NCBI GenBank assembly: GCA_965651655.1
Contig: CBFGTF010000002.1
Location: forward strand, 24,865 to 88,864
DNA: 64,000 bases
Direction: 5' to 3'
Origin: an uncultured Devosia sp.
GTDB lineage: Bacteria; Pseudomonadota; Alphaproteobacteria; Rhizobiales; Devosiaceae
The notes under the pieces: model-generated
The model's database searches: none
Told to the model about the DNA's origin: nothing
Seen by the model: only the letters and a program-made list of their open reading frames with translations
Program-made: the position numbers and the translations under genes
Shown here: positions 60,010 to 64,000 of the stretch, piece by piece
How the letters are laid out: each line of letters starts with the position of its first letter
How positions within the stretch are numbered: position 1 is the first letter of the stretch

Positions 60010-61428
60010 TCACGGCAGGATTGCCTTCAAACGCAGTAGCGCGATCCGCTCCACCTGGGCGCAGGCCGCTGCAAATTCCTCTTCCGCTGAATTGGCGATG
60101 CGCCGTTGGAAATTCTCCAGGATCGACGCCTTGGTGTGATCGCGCACGGCGATGATGAAGGGGAAGCCGAACTTTTCGACATAGGCCGTGTTGAGCCGGG
60201 TGAACGTGTCCCGTTCGCCATCGGTCAGGGCATCGAGCCCGGCTGATGCCTGTTCGGAGGTGGAATCGGCGGTAAGGCGCTTTGCGGCGGCCAGCTTGCC
60301 CGCAAGATCAGGGTGGGCGCGCAGCACCGCGAGCCGTTCCTCGGTGGTGGCCATGCGGAACTGGGTCCTCAGCGAAAAATGCAGGCCAATGGCGGTGTCA
60401 TTGGCTGGTCCCATCTCGCTCTCCCAGGCGCGCTCGGCGATCCAGGGGGAGTGTTCGAAGATCGAACCAAACCGGGCAACGAAATCATCCCTGCCCAGTT
60501 GGCTCGGGATGACCTCGGGCGCAACGAAGGGATGCTCGGCGGCCCAGTGCTCGGCAATGGCGAGGCGGGTGGGGATCCAGACCTTGTCGAAGCCCCTGAT
60601 GTAGTCGACGAACTTTTTCAGCCCCTGATAGCGTCCGGGCTGGCCGACGAGTCGGCAATGCAGCCCCAGCGACATCATCTTTGGTGCCCCCGCCTGGCCT
60701 TCGGCGTAGAGGCAGTCAAAACTGTCCTTGAGGAACTGGAAATATTCCTCGCCATTGTCGAAGCCCGGCCCGGTGACGAAGCGCATGTCATTGGTCGAGA
60801 GCGAATAGGGAATGATCAGTTGCGGCTTGCCGCCAATGACCTTCCAATAGGGCAGGTCGTCGTCATAAGTATCCGAGATATAGGCAAACCCGCCATGGTC
60901 GGCGACCAGGTCGACCGTGTTGAGGCTGGAACGGCCGGTATACCACCCCTTTGGCCGTGAGCCGGTGGCGATGGTGTGCAGCCGGATCGCCTCGGTGATC
61001 TGCGCGGCTTCCTCGGCAGGCGACATGTCCTTGTGCTGCACCCATTTGAGGCCGTGGCTGGCGATTTCCCAGCCGGCCTCCTGCATCGCGGCCAACTGGG
61101 CCGGCGCACGCATGAGCGCCGTGGCAACGCCATAGACGGTGACGGGCAGGTTGGCCTGCGTGAAGAGCCGATGCAGGCGCCAGAAGCCGGCGCGGGCGCC
61201 ATATTCATACATGCTCTCGACATTGGCGTGGCGCTGGCCCGGCCAGGGCGCTGCGCCCAGCACATCGACCAGGAAGGCCTCCGAGGCGCCGTCGCCATGC
61301 AGGATATTGTTCTCCCCGCCTTCTTCGTAGTTGAGCACGAACTGCACCGCCACATGGGCGCCGCCGGGCCAGTTGGCCGGGGGCGGGGTCTGGCCATGGC
61401 CGTGCATGTCGCGGGGATATCGGTTCAT
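60010..61428 (-). CDS. puuE: Allantoinase PuuE fused to OHCU decarboxylase (UraD)
   Basis: LNYEEGGE, YEYGARAGFWR, GWYTGR; C-terminal FEHSPWIA, AHPDLAG, SEQASAGL, FGFPFIIAV. Confidence 0.93.
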   Translation of the reverse strand: MNRYPRDMHGHGQTPPPANWPGGAHVAVQFVLNYEEGGENNILHGDGASEAFLVDVLGAAPWPGQRHANVESMYEYGARAGFWRLHRLFTQANLPVTVYGVATALMRAPAQLAAMQEAGWEIASHGLKWVQHKDMSPAEEAAQITEAIRLHTIATGSRPKGWYTGRSSLNTVDLVADHGGFAYISDTYDDDLPYWKVIGGKPQLIIPYSLSTNDMRFVTGPGFDNGEEYFQFLKDSFDCLYAEGQAGAPKMMSLGLHCRLVGQPGRYQGLKKFVDYIRGFDKVWIPTRLAIAEHWAAEHPFVAPEVIPSQLGRDDFVARFGSIFEHSPWIAERAWESEMGPANDTAIGLHFSLRTQFRMATTEERLAVLRAHPDLAGKLAAAKRLTADSTSEQASAGLDALTDGERDTFTRLNTAYVEKFGFPFIIAVRDHTKASILENFQRRIANSAEEEFAAACAQVERIALLRLKAILP

Positions 61429-61525
61429 ATCGGGTCTCTGGAACGTCAGGCGGGAGACCCAATGGTAAGCGGAAGCGCCACCCCTGCGCTAGACAGGAGT
61501 GGCGCTTGTCCCGACTGCGTTGCGC

Positions 61526-61957
61526 TCAGGCCTCCTGCGCGCCAACGACGGTTTCCAGCTTCTCCAGGAACTGCTTCCATCCGGCATGGGCGCCGCCATA
61601 GGCCTGTTTCTGCTCGGGGCGGAAACCGGCCTGTTCGACGCGCAGATGCGTGCCGGTGGAGGTCGGTGTCAACGTGTAGGTCACCACGCTCTTGAGGCCG
61701 TATGCGGGATCGTCATTGTCGAAATCCCAGGAGTAGGACAAGGAGCGCTCGGGCTCGATGGCCAGCACTTCGCAGTCCAGCACCCCGCCCCATTCGCCGC
61801 GCAGCTTGAACCTGTGTCCGACCACCGGGCTGAAATCATTGTTCATCAGCCATTCGGAGATCAGGTGGGACTGGGTGAGTGCCTTCCATACCTTGGCGGA
61901 GGGCTGGGCAATTTCGCGCTCGACGATGACGGAACGGGTCTGGGTAGCGGTGGACAT
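61526..61957 (-). CDS. SRPBCC domain protein
   Basis: KVWKALTQSHLISEWLM, GTHLRVEQ, GWKQFL. Confidence 0.88.
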   Translation of the reverse strand: MSTATQTRSVIVEREIAQPSAKVWKALTQSHLISEWLMNNDFSPVVGHRFKLRGEWGGVLDCEVLAIEPERSLSYSWDFDNDDPAYGLKSVVTYTLTPTSTGTHLRVEQAGFRPEQKQAYGGAHAGWKQFLEKLETVVGAQEA

Positions 61958-61968
61958 GCTGCGTACTC

Positions 61969-62391
61969 CTACTTCTTTGCTTTTTTGGCAGCCGCTTCGC
62001 CATTGGCCATGGCCGCAGCCTTGATCAGGTCCTTGAAGGCGGCTGCATCGATGGCCTCGCCTTCGAAAAAGTCGATGGCGCGGCGCACATTCCCTTCCAT
62101 GCTCGAATTGAACAGGTGATCGGGATCGTCCAGCGCAGCGCCCTTGGGGAAGGTGGTCTTGACCGCCGCCTTATAGACTTCGCCGGTGCAAAGGATGCCG
62201 CCATGCGACCAGACCGGCTTGCCCCATTTCCACTCCTCGACCACGTCGGGCAGGGCCTCGTGGATAAGCCTGCGGATTTCCGCCAGCTTGGCCCCGCGCC
62301 AGTCGGGCAGGGCGGCGATGCGCTGGTCGATCAGTTCGGTCGGCGTGGCACCGGTCGCCAGGTCGGCAGCGCTGTTCTTGGAAAAGGTCAT
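61969..62391 (-). CDS. DUF1801 (YdhG-like) protein
   Basis: DWRGAKL, EEWKWGKPVW, FNSSMEGNVRRAID. Confidence 0.9.
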   Translation of the reverse strand: MTFSKNSAADLATGATPTELIDQRIAALPDWRGAKLAEIRRLIHEALPDVVEEWKWGKPVWSHGGILCTGEVYKAAVKTTFPKGAALDDPDHLFNSSMEGNVRRAIDFFEGEAIDAAAFKDLIKAAAMANGEAAAKKAKK

Positions 62392-62404
62392 GGCGATGGT
62401 CCTT

Positions 62405-62854
62405 CTAGAGTTTTTCGCCGGGCAACCGGCTGGCCTGCTTCACCCAATCGGCGAACTGCTCCTCGTCGATCGTATCGGCCTCGTAGATGTCGAGATAGCG
62501 CACGGCGGCCTGCTTTGAGGTGCCGGGCGGCAGAGGGTCCAGTTGCGCCCCATTGTGGAAGGCGACCTTCACGTATTTGCTCATGCAGTGATAGCTGACG
62601 AAGTATATGTCCTGCTCCAGGCCATAGAAGGGTGTGTTCCACTTCACGGCCTTCTGCACGCCGGGCACGGCCCGTTCGATGATGGCGTCCAGCTTGCGGC
62701 CAACATCGCTCTGCCAGCCGGGCATGGCGGCGATATAGCGCTGTACCACCTCGTCACCATAGCCCTTGGCGATCTGCGGATTGCCGCCGCTGAGCCGGAC
62801 AATCCCGTCCGGACCTGGCTTGAGTGGAGGCCGCTGCGCCTTGCCCTCAGGCAT
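62405..62854 (-). CDS. DUF1801 (YdhG-like) protein
   Basis: LSGGNPQIAKG, KAVKWNTPFYG, QASRLPG. Confidence 0.88.
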   Translation of the reverse strand: MPEGKAQRPPLKPGPDGIVRLSGGNPQIAKGYGDEVVQRYIAAMPGWQSDVGRKLDAIIERAVPGVQKAVKWNTPFYGLEQDIYFVSYHCMSKYVKVAFHNGAQLDPLPPGTSKQAAVRYLDIYEADTIDEEQFADWVKQASRLPGEKL

Positions 62855-63068
62855 GGGTCATCCCGGTCCGGCGACGGCCGAAATAATGCTGGAAGAACAT
62901 GAAGAGGCCCGAGAACAGCAGCAGGAAGAGCGGCAGCAGCGGCGAATAGGTGACCAGGGCTGGCACATCCGCCTGGCCCAGAAAGCCGATCGCGACGAAG
63001 TTGGCGATGACCGTGAGGGTGAAGACGATGGACGTCCAGCGGTGGAATGTGCGGATGAAGCGGGTCAT
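62847..63068 (-). CDS. Small two-TM membrane protein
   Basis: IRTFHRWTSIVFT...PLLPLFLLLFSGLFMF. Confidence 0.78.
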   Translation of the reverse strand: MTRFIRTFHRWTSIVFTLTVIANFVAIGFLGQADVPALVTYSPLLPLFLLLFSGLFMFFQHYFGRRRTGMTHA

Positions 63069-63388
63069 TGGTCTATCCTTGTGAGCAAATTTTCGAGGGC
63101 ATCGAGCCGCGCCTCCCAGAAGCCGGTCATTTCCCTGGTCCAGTCGAGAAGGGGGGCCAGGGCCTCGACCCTGGCGGTGTAATGGGTCTGCCGGCCGGCG
63201 TGCCGGTCCTGCACCAGCCCGGCCTGCTTGAGCACGGCCAGATGTTTGGACACGGTCGGCTGGGCGACGCCGGCTACGCTTGTGAGCGTGCCCACGGTCT
63301 GTTCGCCCTGCCGGCAGAGCTGCTCGAAAATGGCGCGCCGCGTCGGGTCGGCAAGGGACCGGAACAGGACGTCTGAGGTTTCGTTCAT
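63065..63388 (-). CDS. ArsR/SmtB family regulator
   Basis: FRSLADPTRRAIF...QPTVSKHLAVLKQAGLV. Confidence 0.9.
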   Translation of the reverse strand: MNETSDVLFRSLADPTRRAIFEQLCRQGEQTVGTLTSVAGVAQPTVSKHLAVLKQAGLVQDRHAGRQTHYTARVEALAPLLDWTREMTGFWEARLDALENLLTRIDQ

Positions 63389-63395
63389 GGCGATA

Positions 63396-63448
63396 TATTC
63401 ATCGTTGGCTATGAATTCAAGCAATAGCCCAGCAGCTATGAATGTCAA
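63396..63448 (-). promoter_or_regulatory. Promoter with tandem ArsR operator-like repeats
   Basis: GCTATGAAT at 63408-63416 and 63435-63443 in imperfect palindromes; minus-strand TTGACA at 63443-63448. Confidence 0.6.
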
Positions 63449-63461
63449 CCCCACATGATGT

Positions 63462-64000
63462 TCAGATGGCGCCCGGCAGGCTCAGACTTTCGAAATAGGC
63501 CTTGGCGTGTTCGTAAAAGATGGCCGGCGCCAGGTGAAGGGAACTGCCAGAGCGCACCATGATGCCGAAACGGTTGGTCGGCAAACCACCATCATTGAGG
63601 GGCCGGAACACCAGCCGTCCGGCTGCAATTTCGTTCTGCGCGCCGATGGGCGTCATGATCGAGGCATAATGGCCGCCCAGCGCCAGTTCCACCAGCAGGC
63701 GGATTGAGTTGACCTCGACAAAGGGCGGCGTGATGCCGGCCGAGGATTTGAGGAAGGGCTCGATGACCTCGCGAATCGAGATTTCCGGCTTTCCCACCGC
63801 GAGCGGATGCTCGAGGCATTGCGCCATGGTGAGTTTCTCCACCCTGGCCAGGGGGTGCTCCGGCGCCATGACCGCACCGATGGAAACGTCGCGGCGAAAG
63901 GCAATATCGACCTGGCGCGGCGGCTTGGCGATGAAGCCGAAGCCGATGTCGATGCGCTCATCCACCAGCCGCTCGACCACTTCGGAGGACGGAATGATCG
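63462..64000 (-). CDS. LysR family regulator, substrate-binding domain (5' part outside the window)
   Basis: VDERIDIGF, HPLA, EVNSIRLLVELAL, EIAAGRLV. Confidence 0.85.
   Translation of the reverse strand, partial: IIPSSEVVERLVDERIDIGFGFIAKPPRQVDIAFRRDVSIGAVMAPEHPLARVEKLTMAQCLEHPLAVGKPEISIREVIEPFLKSSAGITPPFVEVNSIRLLVELALGGHYASIMTPIGAQNEIAAGRLVFRPLNDGGLPTNRFGIMVRSGSSLHLAPAIFYEHAKAYFESLSLPGAI

Overview
GC-rich alphaproteobacterial chromosomal segment; gene content and style suggest Hyphomicrobiales, possibly Devosia (inference). In order: (1) a complete general stress response (GSR) locus with phyR, nepR, ecfG, a pseudo-receiver, a Crp-family regulator, a CHASE3/HisKA_2 kinase and DUF1328/DUF883/DUF3309 small proteins, with many GGAAC-N16/17-CGTT promoters; (2) a transglutaminase/amidoligase/circularly permuted ATP-grasp operon; (3) a polyol ABC operon (smoEFGK-mtlK-FGGY kinase) whose intergenic gaps carry G/C-rich REP doublets; (4) chvE-gguAB; (5) a truncated DnaB-like ATPase with a structured leader; (6) the thuREFGKAB trehalose uptake/catabolism cluster; (7) an ECF sigma/NrsF, Met-rich protein and Mo-oxidoreductase module; (8) rhlE, otsBA, purine catabolism genes and ArsR/SRPBCC/DUF1801 modules. 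Best unannotated signals: a three-hairpin C-rich sRNA candidate and a 56-aa small protein in the GSR locus, an ATT-initiated FadR-family gene, a riboswitch-like leader, a REP-doublet family with fixed 36-nt spacers, and an 84-bp MITE-like element overlapping a stop codon. No CRISPR array, rRNA, tRNA, prophage or transposase was seen. Product calls come from motif recognition, not database searches.
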